NCBI GenBank assembly: GCA_023251895.1
Contig: JAHEXX010000001.1
Coordinates: forward strand, 18,965 to 71,704
DNA from: a bacterium
GTDB taxonomy: Bacteria; Actinomycetota; UBA4738; HRBIN12
DNA length: 52,740 nt
Direction: 5' to 3'
The notes beneath the pieces were generated by a model, which was given only the letters and a program-made list of their open reading frames with translations, was not told the origin of the DNA and did no database searches. Shown here in pieces: positions 52,696 to 52,740 of this stretch; position 1 is the stretch's first letter, and each line of letters begins with the position of its first letter. The position numbers and the translations under genes are program-made.

Positions 52696-52740
52696 CGCGC
52701 CGGGGAGGACTCGAACCTCCGACCCGCTGCTTAGAAGGCA
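52696..52740 (-). tRNA. tRNA-Arg (anticodon TCT), 3' part only (5' part beyond the window edge); CCA not encoded
   Basis: Reverse complement: ..TGC CTTCTAA GCAGC GGGTC GGAGG TTCGAGT CCTCC CCGGCGC G. Confidence 0.75.

Noticed and set aside
1-52740. CRISPR arrays, rRNA genes, retron/reverse transcriptase, toxin-antitoxin pairs, restriction-modification or other defence modules.
   Set aside because: Reading both strands, I found no regularly spaced short repeats, no rRNA-like segments and no signature motifs of these systems. The only helicase is housekeeping-type Lhr.

Overview
High-GC, actinobacterium-like chromosomal window with GTG/TTG starts, 4-nt ATGA/GTGA gene overlaps and many long antisense shadow ORFs. 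All function calls come from reading motifs in the supplied translations and my own translations; no database search was run.

The main result is a 25.4-kb insertion at tRNA-Leu(TAG). Positions 1024-1111 and 26356-26443 are a perfect 88-bp direct repeat. The right copy is the 3' 55 nt of an intact tRNA-Leu gene plus 33 bp downstream; the left copy is an orphan 3' tRNA fragment. A frameshifted tyrosine-integrase remnant sits just inside the repeat next to the intact tRNA.

The cargo (1112-26355) is 23 intact genes, all metabolic or transport, in two modules separated by an IS-fragment graveyard (12.6-13.5 kb):
- Left module (1.7-12.6 kb): glutamine-synthetase-like ligase, DUF1097-like membrane protein, PPOX-like protein, acetaldehyde dehydrogenase plus 4-hydroxy-2-oxovalerate aldolase, Amidohydro_2-like protein, Dabb protein, class II (Ntn) amidotransferase-like hydrolase, AsnC/Lrp regulator, aminotransferase, cupin, SDR.
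- Right module (13.6-25.8 kb), one co-directional block: polyamine-type ABC importer with a fused permease, XRE-cupin regulator, enolase-superfamily enzyme, M24 and M20 peptidases, and 2-oxoacid dehydrogenase E1 alpha / E1 beta / SDR / E2 with no E3.
- I read both modules as uncharacterised amine or amino-acid-derivative catabolism.

Right of the island lies ordinary chromosome enriched in exported enzymes:
- Exported proteins: a BNR/Asp-box protein, an L,D-transpeptidase, two tandemly duplicated LamG-metallophosphoesterases (the second with an FN3 insert and a co-duplicated upstream region), a beta-propeller-phosphoesterase fusion, a beta-helix protein, DUF1996, and another phosphoesterase.
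- Other coding genes: Lhr helicase, a PAS + MBL-hydrolase pair, two tandem class III aminotransferase paralogues, PadR, a homocysteine S-methyltransferase-like gene, a CrtI-like flavoprotein, purE, and two small Cys-rich proteins.
- RNA genes: tRNA-Lys(CTT), tRNA-His(GTG) and a partial tRNA-Arg(TCT).

No CRISPR array, rRNA, recognisable defence system or phage structural genes were seen.
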